Assembly: GCA_964492305.1 (NCBI GenBank)
Contig: CAZBJN010000002.1
Location: 279 to 24,278 of the forward strand
DNA from: an uncultured Candidatus Saccharibacteria bacterium
Lineage (GTDB): Bacteria; Patescibacteriota; Minisyncoccia; Phycocordibacterales; UBA918
Length of the DNA: 24,000 bases
Direction: 5' to 3'
The notes beneath the pieces are model-generated. The model was given only the letters and a program-made list of their open reading frames with translations. It made no database searches and had not been told where the DNA came from. A program made the position numbers and the translations under genes. Shown one piece after another: positions 12,927 to 19,067 of this stretch. How positions within the stretch are numbered: position 1 is the stretch's first letter; each line of letters opens with the position of its first letter.

Positions 12927-13631
12927 TTAGTTATCTTTTTCACTACCGATTAGCACTTTGCGCATAATAGTGCCAGCTAAGTTTATTAGTAAACCTAATA
13001 ATACAAGACTTGTCAGGCGGGTGAGTACGAGCGTAATTGAACCGCCTGTGGTCTCAGGTTGTGCGTAGACAATTCCTCCTAGGATAGCTTTTAGCGACCA
13101 ATACATTCCAGCAGGAATACTGGCACCAGCCGCTTGGTGGTTTTCAAAGATATAAAAGAGACTGCCAAGGATAAGGGTGGCGATAGTAAGAGCAGCTACG
13201 TAAATTTCAATATTGTATAAGTAGACGGATTCTGGAGCCGGACTTTTTTTGCTGGACTTGGACAGTTTGGCAAGTCTGAGGATTCTAAGAAGACGAATGA
13301 TGCGCACTGCTCGTCCGGCCTTGAGGAAGGTGAGGTTGGCAAACCCGAGCATACTCGGCAAAATAGCGATGAGATCAATGAGTCCAAAGAAACTAAAAAT
13401 GTACTTTAGTTTTGAAGGTGCTTGGTAGATACGTATGAGATACTCGAGACTAAATATCACCACCAATACATACTCAGCAAATGTGAAATATGGCAGGTAT
13501 GGAGCCAGGGAGGGGACTGTTTCAACGGCAACCAAGAGAACGGCGATAATAGTAGCAATGGCTAGAAAACCGCCGACGTATGGCATGGTATCCAGGTCAT
13601 GATGCTTTAGGGCTTTGCGTTTGCGAGACAT
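12927..13631 (-). CDS. Ion_trans family (voltage-gated-like) cation channel subunit with a non-canonical pore sequence
   Basis: S4-like arginine ladder RAVRIIRLLRILRLAKL, several TM helices, and a pore-helix-like MYWSLKAILGGIVYAQ in place of TVGYG. ATG 13631 is preferred over the TTG at 13637. Confidence 0.7.
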   Translation of the reverse strand: MSRKRKALKHHDLDTMPYVGGFLAIATIIAVLLVAVETVPSLAPYLPYFTFAEYVLVVIFSLEYLIRIYQAPSKLKYIFSFFGLIDLIAILPSMLGFANLTFLKAGRAVRIIRLLRILRLAKLSKSSKKSPAPESVYLYNIEIYVAALTIATLILGSLFYIFENHQAAGASIPAGMYWSLKAILGGIVYAQPETTGGSITLVLTRLTSLVLLGLLINLAGTIMRKVLIGSEKDN

Positions 13632-13637
13632 ACTCAA

Positions 13638-13646
13638 ATCGTAACA
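13638..13646 (-). promoter_or_regulatory. Extended -10 element (TGtTACGAT) 6 nt upstream of the channel ATG; candidate leaderless promoter
   Basis: The minus-sense sequence reads GTGTTACGAT-TTGAGT-ATG, with the ATG at 13631. Confidence 0.35.
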
Positions 13647-13664
13647 CAGTATAATTGGCTACCC

Positions 13665-13693
13665 TTGAATAGTGGGCCCTTTTCGTGCATAAT
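13665..13693 (+). promoter_or_regulatory. Candidate promoter for tRNA-Leu
   Basis: TTGAAT (13665-13670), a 17-nt spacer, then CATAAT (13688-13693), about 30 nt upstream of the tRNA. Confidence 0.45.
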
Positions 13694-13722
13694 GTCGCCA
13701 CCTCAAAGAAAGAGAAGTACCT

Positions 13723-13809
13723 GCCCAGGTGGCGAAATTGGTAGACGCACTACCTTGAGGTGGTAGCGCCTTTACGGGCATGCTGGTTCAAATCCAGTCT
13801 TGGGCACCA
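13723..13809 (+). tRNA. tRNA-Leu (anticodon GAG), class II with a long variable arm
   Basis: GCCCAGG TG GCGAAATTGGTAGACGC A CTACC TTGAGGT GGTAG (variable arm CGCCTTTACGGGCAT) GCTGG TTCAAAT CCAGT CTTGGGC A CCA. The anticodon loop UUGAGGU gives GAG. CCA is present in the DNA at 13807-13809. Confidence 0.92.
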
Positions 13810-13893
13810 CAACGCAAATAAAAAACACCCCTTCATTTGAAGGGGTGTTTTTTATTTAGCCAGCCAACTGCTTGGCTGGCGTGCGTTGTGGTG
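13805..13893 (+). other. 89-nt three-way palindromic unit overlapping the tRNA-Leu 3' end
   Basis: Arm caccacaacgca (13805-13816, including the tRNA 3' CACCA) is the exact reverse complement of tgcgttgtggtg (13882-13893). The arms enclose a 19-bp terminator hairpin (13816-13834 / 13839-13857, followed by UUUUUUAUUU) and the 22-nt hairpin GCCAGCCAA-CUGC-TTGGCTGGC (13859-13880). Confidence 0.85.
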
Positions 13894-13948
13894 AAGCGCA
13901 GCCATAATTTCCTCGCCTTCCTAGCGAGGAAATTGGCGAGCTGGGGCA

Positions 13949-14003
13949 GCAGGTACTTAGTGCTCGTAACTAGCGAAGCTAGTGAGAACACTTAGTAACC
14001 TGC
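13949..14003 (+). repeat. Copy E (variant, 55 nt) of the ACTNAGT imperfect-palindrome family
   Basis: GCAGGT-ACTTAGTG-CTCGTAA-CTAGC-GAA-GCTAG-TGAGAAC-ACTTAGTA-ACCTGC. It has a 6-bp closing stem, two ACTTAGT boxes and a GAA-capped 5-bp mini-stem. Confidence 0.7.
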
Positions 14004-14014
14004 GCCAAGGCCGG

Positions 14015-14075
14015 GTCGAGAACACTTAGTAGATTTGGAGTCGGAGACGAACAGATATACTTAGTGATTCGTGAC
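14015..14075 (+). repeat. Copy D of the ~61-nt imperfect-palindrome repeat (end of the tRNA-Leu downstream module)
   Basis: GTCGAGAACACTTAGTAGATTTG-GAGTCGGAGACGAA-CAGATATACTTAGTGATTCGTGAC. It is near-identical to copy B, which lies on the other strand. Confidence 0.85.
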
Positions 14076-14263
14076 CAAAGACGTAACGACTAACAACTGC
14101 GATATATATTAAATAAGTTTGACCAAAGTTGTAAGCAAGCTATCTAGTGACCTAATCCAGTCTTTATAAACAAACTTAGTAGCTCTAGCCCCAATCCACC
14201 CTTACCAACCAACCCCAAATCAAGGGTTGAAACAATTGGTTCATTTTTGCGTATCAATGGAGT

Positions 14264-15157
14264 ATGATAAAAACTATGACCGTCCAAAAACACCTTGTTG
14301 CGTTACTTCTCACTCTCACCATATTTGGTGGTTTTGGTAGAGAAGTACAGGCAGCGTCTGTAGCTGAAGGGGAGATTCGGGCTCAATTACTTTCACAAAT
14401 TGAGTTACTTCTAGCCGAAGTTGAGCGCTTGCAAGCAATTGTTTCCGAGCGCGAGTCTGCTAAGTACACACTCTACACACCGTACACTTCAGTTTTTTTC
14501 CCGCTCGATTTTGAGACCATGTACTTAGTAAAGGGCGGACAGCTTTACGCCATAGGAAGTGAAAAGTCTTTTAAAAATGCTGATGTACATCTTTTTGAAC
14601 TCTTTAAAGGAATTGTGGGTGATGAAGCAGTTGATGCGCATGTACGAGAGTGGCGTGTCTTTGAAAATAAAAGTAACGACCTTGGTGCCTTTGTGGAGCT
14701 TATCGCTGGAACTGAAGACTGGATTGTTGGCGTGAATAGAGAGAGTTTCGATATTGATGATCCATTAGCAGTAAAGTCATTCGCTAATTTGTTTGTGCAC
14801 GAATACGCACACATTCTTTTGTTTGAAGAGCCAACGGTGTCGGACAAGTTTGAGGCAACTTTCTGGACAGCTGCAGATCAGCGTCATGAGGTGGCTGTTG
14901 AAGCTGCGTCCAGCAAGAATAGTTTCTCAGTCCTCCGTCGTTACTTTGAAGAAAATGAAAGTAGATTTGTTAGTGATTACGCTACCATGAATCCAGATGA
15001 GGATATGGCTGAAACGTTTGTGTCATTTGTTCGTGAACCAAAGCCAACCGGCAACACACTACGTGATAAAAAAATCCTTTTCTTTTATGGATATAAAGAC
15101 TTTGTGTCATTGCGCGCTGAATTGCGTAGCAACCTAGAGGCACAAAATGTCTTATAA
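14264..15157 (+). CDS. Secreted HExxH zincin-like protein (MtfA/M90-like downstream motif)
   Basis: Signal-peptide-like N-terminus (LVALLLTLTIFGGFGREVQA). HExxH within FVHEYAHILL. The later YATMNPDEDMAETFVSF resembles the NPxExFAE third-ligand region of M90-type gluzincins. The alternative start is ATG 14276. Confidence 0.55.
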   Translation: MIKTMTVQKHLVALLLTLTIFGGFGREVQAASVAEGEIRAQLLSQIELLLAEVERLQAIVSERESAKYTLYTPYTSVFFPLDFETMYLVKGGQLYAIGSEKSFKNADVHLFELFKGIVGDEAVDAHVREWRVFENKSNDLGAFVELIAGTEDWIVGVNRESFDIDDPLAVKSFANLFVHEYAHILLFEEPTVSDKFEATFWTAADQRHEVAVEAASSKNSFSVLRRYFEENESRFVSDYATMNPDEDMAETFVSFVREPKPTGNTLRDKKILFFYGYKDFVSLRAELRSNLEAQNVL

Positions 15158-15728
15158 TATTGGCATGTACAAAATTGGTATCTTGGTCGCTGCCGTATTG
15201 TTTGTAGTATTGGCAATTTATTTAGCGGTTGTTTCTTCACACAACACTAGTCACGATAATATAGGTAATGAACACTCAGCTCATGTTGTAGCCATTACTT
15301 CTGAGCGAGCATTTATTGAGCACATGATTCCGCATCACGAGGAGGCGGTGGCGTCAGTGCAGGTGGTGCTACAGAAGGGGACTTCATTCCGTCCGCTTTT
15401 AGAACTGGCTGAGGATATTGTTTCAGGACAGACAATTGAGATAGATAAAATGAAAGGTTGGTACCAAACATGGTACGAAGTTCCTTACGAAGACACGGGA
15501 CTGTACACGCCGATGATGCGTCCACTCCAAGAACTGTCTGGAGTAGAATTTGACCGCGGGTTTTTGGAAGACATGATTCTCCATCACGAAGCAGCTGTTG
15601 AAACTGCAAAAGCAGTTCTCAAGCTTCCTATTTCTACCGAGACGGAAGGATTGGCTAATGGCATAATTGTTGCCCAAGAAGCTGAGATAACTTTGATGCA
15701 GGAGCTGCTCCGGTTACTTCCTAAGTAA
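15147..15728 (+). CDS. DUF305 domain-containing protein (membrane-anchored or secreted)
   Basis: Two copies of the DUF305 motif, FIEHMIPHHEEAV and FLEDMILHHEAAV. N-terminal TM segment. It overlaps the upstream gene by 11 nt and has an AGAGG 6 nt upstream of the ATG. Confidence 0.85.
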   Translation: MSYNIGMYKIGILVAAVLFVVLAIYLAVVSSHNTSHDNIGNEHSAHVVAITSERAFIEHMIPHHEEAVASVQVVLQKGTSFRPLLELAEDIVSGQTIEIDKMKGWYQTWYEVPYEDTGLYTPMMRPLQELSGVEFDRGFLEDMILHHEAAVETAKAVLKLPISTETEGLANGIIVAQEAEITLMQELLRLLPK

Positions 15729-15740
15729 GGGAGCATAAAT

Positions 15741-15774
15741 AAAAGCCCGGTGGACTATAGTCCACCGGGCTTTT
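15741..15774. terminator. Bidirectional intrinsic terminator
   Basis: gcccggtggac (15745-15755) pairs with gtccaccgggc (15760-15770) around the loop tata. The stem is flanked by aaaa and tttt. Confidence 0.8.
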
Positions 15775-15787
15775 ATGATGGTTTGAA

Positions 15788-16267
15788 TTATCCTCCGAAC
15801 AGTCTCTTGAAGAAACCTTTTTCTTCTGGTTTGGCTGCTTGTGCTGCCCGTTGCTGCCGTCTTTGTTCTGGACTTAAGGTTTGAGCAAAGGCATGTCTAC
15901 CTACATTTATTGTATTGTCGTATTCAGCTGGTGCTTGAGAAATTTGAAATTCAGATACGGGAACGGTATTTTTAAATTTAACTATTTCTTCAACTGAACC
16001 TCCGTCACTTCTTATAATACGTGGAGCGTTTTTTTCGGCCGGGCTTTCAAGAATATCAGTAATCACCTCACTACGTCCCTCTTCAGTATGCATAAATTCA
16101 GTTGGGCCCAGGCCGGTCGGCACGGATGCTGCCACTGTAGGTTCGGCTTCGTAATGTGGGGCAATTGTATAATCCTTATCACCCAAAATCTCAGCAATTT
16201 TTGCTTGTTGTGCTAACTCTTCAGGCGTTAGTTCCTCAGCCTTCTTTTGACCTGGAAAATTTTCCAT
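15788..16267 (-). CDS. Hypothetical protein (no recognisable domain)
   Basis: A 159/160-aa ORF between two terminator/promoter regions with a C-terminal basic patch (RRQQRAAQAAKPEEKGFFKRLFGG). The start is either of the tandem ATGs (16270 or 16267). Confidence 0.5.
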   Translation of the reverse strand: MENFPGQKKAEELTPEELAQQAKIAEILGDKDYTIAPHYEAEPTVAASVPTGLGPTEFMHTEEGRSEVITDILESPAEKNAPRIIRSDGGSVEEIVKFKNTVPVSEFQISQAPAEYDNTINVGRHAFAQTLSPEQRRQQRAAQAAKPEEKGFFKRLFGG

Positions 16268-16362
16268 CATATTTTAGTATCAATTATTTAAAAATATGAC
16301 CATATTGTCACATACTATTGATTTACGCTCAATATCCACGCCTACGAGCAAGGCCCGTTTTG

Positions 16363-16371
16363 TGGTATTCT
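16363..16371 (+). promoter_or_regulatory. Extended -10 element (TGgTATTCT) 7 nt upstream of the ABC ATPase ATG; candidate leaderless promoter
   Basis: TG at 16363-16364, hexamer TATTCT at 16366-16371, then tgcaaac, then ATG 16379. Confidence 0.35.
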
Positions 16372-16378
16372 TGCAAAC

Positions 16379-17137
16379 ATGTCACAACCACCAATGTTAG
16401 AAATCAAAGATCTTGTTAAGGTCTACGGCTCAGGACCGAAGGCAAAAACCGCAGTAAATCATGTCTCATTGTCTATCCCTCGAGGTAGTTTCTTCGGTCT
16501 TCTTGGTCCAAATGGTGCCGGGAAGAGTACCATCATCCAGTGTATTACCGGTATCTCCCAACCAACAGAGGGGCAAATTTTAATAGACGGTACTGACGTA
16601 GTGGCTGAATACAAAAAAGCTCGTACCAAAGTCGGTCTTTCGCCACAAGAATTTAACGTAGATATTTTTTCTACCCCAACTGAACTCATGGACTTCATGG
16701 GTGGCTACTACGGTATTCCCGCTGAAGTACGAAGTGAACGTATTGAAAAACTCATTAAGCGTTTTGATTTAACCGAGCACCGCAATATGAAGTTCCAAAA
16801 GTTATCTGGTGGTCTCAAGCGCCGCGCCATGCTTGGACGAGCTCTTATACATACCCCGGACTTACTCATCCTTGATGAGCCAACAGCTGGCGTAGACGTT
16901 GAGCAACGTCGTGATCTTTGGGCGTATCTAAAGGAACTAAATGAAGTAGAAGGTAAAACAATTATCCTCACTTCACATTACTTAGAAGAAATTGAATACC
17001 TCTGCAAAGATATAGCCATCATTAATCATGGTCGTATTGTGGCTGAAGGTACTAAAGAAGAATTTATGAAAGAGGGAAATAGTATTGAAGAGGCTTATCT
17101 AAAGATTACCAGGGCAAGTAACGCAAACCCAGCATGA
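16379..17137 (+). CDS. ABC transporter ATP-binding protein (ABC-2/DrrA-like exporter subfamily)
   Basis: Walker A GPNGAGKST, signature LSGGLKRRAMLGRAL, Walker B LLILDEPTAGVD and H-loop TSHY. Confidence 0.93.
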   Translation: MSQPPMLEIKDLVKVYGSGPKAKTAVNHVSLSIPRGSFFGLLGPNGAGKSTIIQCITGISQPTEGQILIDGTDVVAEYKKARTKVGLSPQEFNVDIFSTPTELMDFMGGYYGIPAEVRSERIEKLIKRFDLTEHRNMKFQKLSGGLKRRAMLGRALIHTPDLLILDEPTAGVDVEQRRDLWAYLKELNEVEGKTIILTSHYLEEIEYLCKDIAIINHGRIVAEGTKEEFMKEGNSIEEAYLKITRASNANPA

Positions 17138-17901
17138 AAATAAACTCAATTGGCCTCTACACAATGCTCAGACGGGAAGTGAAGCGTACGATGCGCGTCA
17201 TGATACAGACGTTAGTGGCTCCGGTCATGTCCGCAGCGCTCTATATATTTATCTTCGGTACCGTCATCGGTTCGCAGATCACTGAAGTCTCTGGCGTGCC
17301 GTACATTTCCTTTGTGTTTCCGGGTGTACTGATGCTGTCTGTGATTAATGCGTCATTTGCCAGCGCTTCCTCGGCACTTTATTTCATGCGCTTCACTCGC
17401 GGCATTGAAGAGATGCTTATCGCACCATTCTCATACATGGAGATGCTCATTGGTCTAGTTGGTAGTGCTGTTATGCGTGCGCTTATGGTGGCGTTTCTGA
17501 TTCTTGGAGTCGGCCTTGTCTTTGGTGCGGTGTCACTAGTGCACCCAATTTGGTTTGTGTTTTATGTAGCAACTATTTCAGCTATCTTTGCCATCCTGGG
17601 AATCTTGGTTGCCTTGTGGGCAGAAGGATTTGAACAGCTTCAAGTTCTCAACACTTTTGTGATTACTCCACTTACGTACCTCGGAGGTATCTTCTATTCA
17701 ATTACGTTCTTGCCAGAATTTGCTGCGACCCTAACCCGCCTCAATCCCTTCTTCTACTTCGCTGATGGTATACGCAGCAGTATGATTGGCATAAATGAAG
17801 CTAATTCGGCACTAGGATTAGTCATCATTTGTGGATTGCTTGGGGGACTAGGACTCCTAGTAGTTACGCTATTTAGAAAGGGTTGGAAAATCCGCTCTTA
17901 A
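17134..17901 (+). CDS. ABC-2 type transporter permease
   Basis: 255 aa with about 6 TM helices. The ATGA overlap with the ATPase gene (17134-17137) suggests translational coupling. Confidence 0.88.
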   Translation: MKINSIGLYTMLRREVKRTMRVMIQTLVAPVMSAALYIFIFGTVIGSQITEVSGVPYISFVFPGVLMLSVINASFASASSALYFMRFTRGIEEMLIAPFSYMEMLIGLVGSAVMRALMVAFLILGVGLVFGAVSLVHPIWFVFYVATISAIFAILGILVALWAEGFEQLQVLNTFVITPLTYLGGIFYSITFLPEFAATLTRLNPFFYFADGIRSSMIGINEANSALGLVIICGLLGGLGLLVVTLFRKGWKIRS

Positions 17902-17911
17902 CAGCTGACTA

Positions 17912-17940
17912 TTGTTAAAACAGTATTTCTGTGATATAAT
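17912..17940 (+). promoter_or_regulatory. Near-consensus sigma-70 promoter with an extended -10
   Basis: TTGTTA (17912-17917), a 17-nt spacer, then TGaTATAAT (17932-17940). A 31-nt leader follows, carrying AGGAG (17961-17965) 6 nt before ATG 17972. Confidence 0.6.
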
Positions 17941-17971
17941 AATAAACAGGACAACCCACAAGGAGACAGAC

Positions 17972-18436
17972 ATGGACATGCTAGTTGCACAGCGTAAGAA
18001 TGCTGCGAAGATTGCGCAGTATGAGTTCTATGATGGTCGGTTTGAAAGGGCAGCTCTTGACCGAAATCACCGTTTAGAACTACGTGTGGTTGATGATGGG
18101 TTTCTCACCCGTCACCACAAAACCCAAAAGCGACTGCTTCGACTCCAACAAACCTTTGCTTGGTGGTACGAGCTCAGGGATTGGGCTCGTGCAAAGGCGG
18201 AAAGGAATTCAAAAGAGCTTCGCGAGTTCCTTCTGAAGCGCCTAATAGAGGGGAAGGTGTATATCAAAACCTTCAATCTGCAGACGGGCTACTACTGCTT
18301 CCGTCTGGTCCACGCGGACGAGATTCCACCTCTGGTCGCTTTCCTTCAAGAAAAGCACCAGTACCATCTCTACTTCAGCCAAGGAGATGACCCGACTGTG
18401 ATGTCTCTTATACATCTGGGTACCTTTCCGACATGA
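17972..18436 (+). CDS. Hypothetical protein (orphan, 154 aa)
   Basis: It has its own promoter, a Shine-Dalgarno sequence and a terminator. I recognise no motif (MDMLVAQRKNAAKIAQYEFYDGRFERAALDRNHRLELRVVDDGF...). The track's TTG start at 17912 coincides with the -35 hexamer and was discarded. Confidence 0.55.
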   Translation: MDMLVAQRKNAAKIAQYEFYDGRFERAALDRNHRLELRVVDDGFLTRHHKTQKRLLRLQQTFAWWYELRDWARAKAERNSKELREFLLKRLIEGKVYIKTFNLQTGYYCFRLVHADEIPPLVAFLQEKHQYHLYFSQGDDPTVMSLIHLGTFPT

Positions 18437-18452
18437 ATCAAAATCGCCCTTT

Positions 18453-18480
18453 GGCCCGCAACTTGTTGCGGGCCCTTCTT
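18453..18480 (+). terminator. Intrinsic terminator
   Basis: ggcccgcaa (18453-18461) pairs with ttgcgggcc (18466-18474) around the loop cttg. It is followed by cttcttattt. Confidence 0.65.
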
Positions 18481-18526
18481 ATTTAGCATAGCTATGAAAT
18501 GAGGTGGTTTTCAAATAATCTCACCG

Positions 18527-18535
18527 TGTTATCAT
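18527..18535 (+). promoter_or_regulatory. Extended -10 element (TGtTATCAT) 6 nt upstream of the NUDIX ATG; candidate leaderless promoter
   Basis: TG at 18527-18528, hexamer TATCAT at 18530-18535, then atttgt, then ATG 18542. Confidence 0.4.
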
Positions 18536-18541
18536 ATTTGT

Positions 18542-18988
18542 ATGAGGCATCAAGTATCCAAAGATATCGTGGTAGCAGCATTGATTACTGATCAGGCTGG
18601 GCGTGTACTTATTGTTAAGCCAGACTACAAAGAAGGTTGGATATTTCCCGGAGGTTATGTTGAGGTGGGTGAGTCGCCGAGCAGCGCTTGCCATCGCGAG
18701 ATAGCCGCTGAGCTGGGTGTCGACATAGAAGGACCGCAACGACTTCTCAGTATCGACTATCGTGGTCAGGATGAGGAATACGTGATGTTTATTTTTGACG
18801 GGGGAGTTTTCACAGATGAAACTGTTGCATCAATAAAACTACAACCCAAACTAACTGAGTACCAGTTTGTGTCTAGTGAAGAAGCAATTACACTTCTACG
18901 ACCAAATAGTGCGCGGCGTCTCCTGCCTACGATGCAAGCACGAGACAACAACCAAATTGCTTACCTCGAACACCAAGAACTCTTCTAG
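18542..18988 (+). CDS. NUDIX hydrolase
   Basis: Nudix box GGYVEVGESPSSACHREIAAELGV, which matches GX5EX7REUXEEXGU with one substitution. Confidence 0.9.
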   Translation: MRHQVSKDIVVAALITDQAGRVLIVKPDYKEGWIFPGGYVEVGESPSSACHREIAAELGVDIEGPQRLLSIDYRGQDEEYVMFIFDGGVFTDETVASIKLQPKLTEYQFVSSEEAITLLRPNSARRLLPTMQARDNNQIAYLEHQELF

Positions 18989-19067
18989 CTGATGTGTCAC
19001 GGACATGTCTGACAAGAAGAGTTTTTGTTTTTTAGGTGGGTAAGTTATTACCTTTAACTAAAATTAT

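Noticed and set aside
13807-13809. The encoded CCA at tRNA-Leu might be informative about the tRNA maturation pathway.
   Set aside because: tRNA-Arg and tRNA-Val do not encode CCA, and here the CCA bases are part of the 12-nt arm (CACCACAACGCA). Their presence may reflect the arm sequence rather than a rule. One case is too few to interpret.
17912-17971. A TTG start at 17912 extending the orphan ORF by 20 codons.
   Set aside because: This TTG is the -35 hexamer of a near-consensus promoter, so the extension would lie upstream of the predicted transcription start. ATG 17972 has an AGGAG at ideal spacing.
18160-18390. A 76-aa ORF overlapping the orphan gene in another plus-strand frame.
   Set aside because: Its Arg/Gly/Ser/Pro-rich off-frame translation is typical of GC-richer coding sequence. 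It has no ribosome-binding site or promoter of its own.
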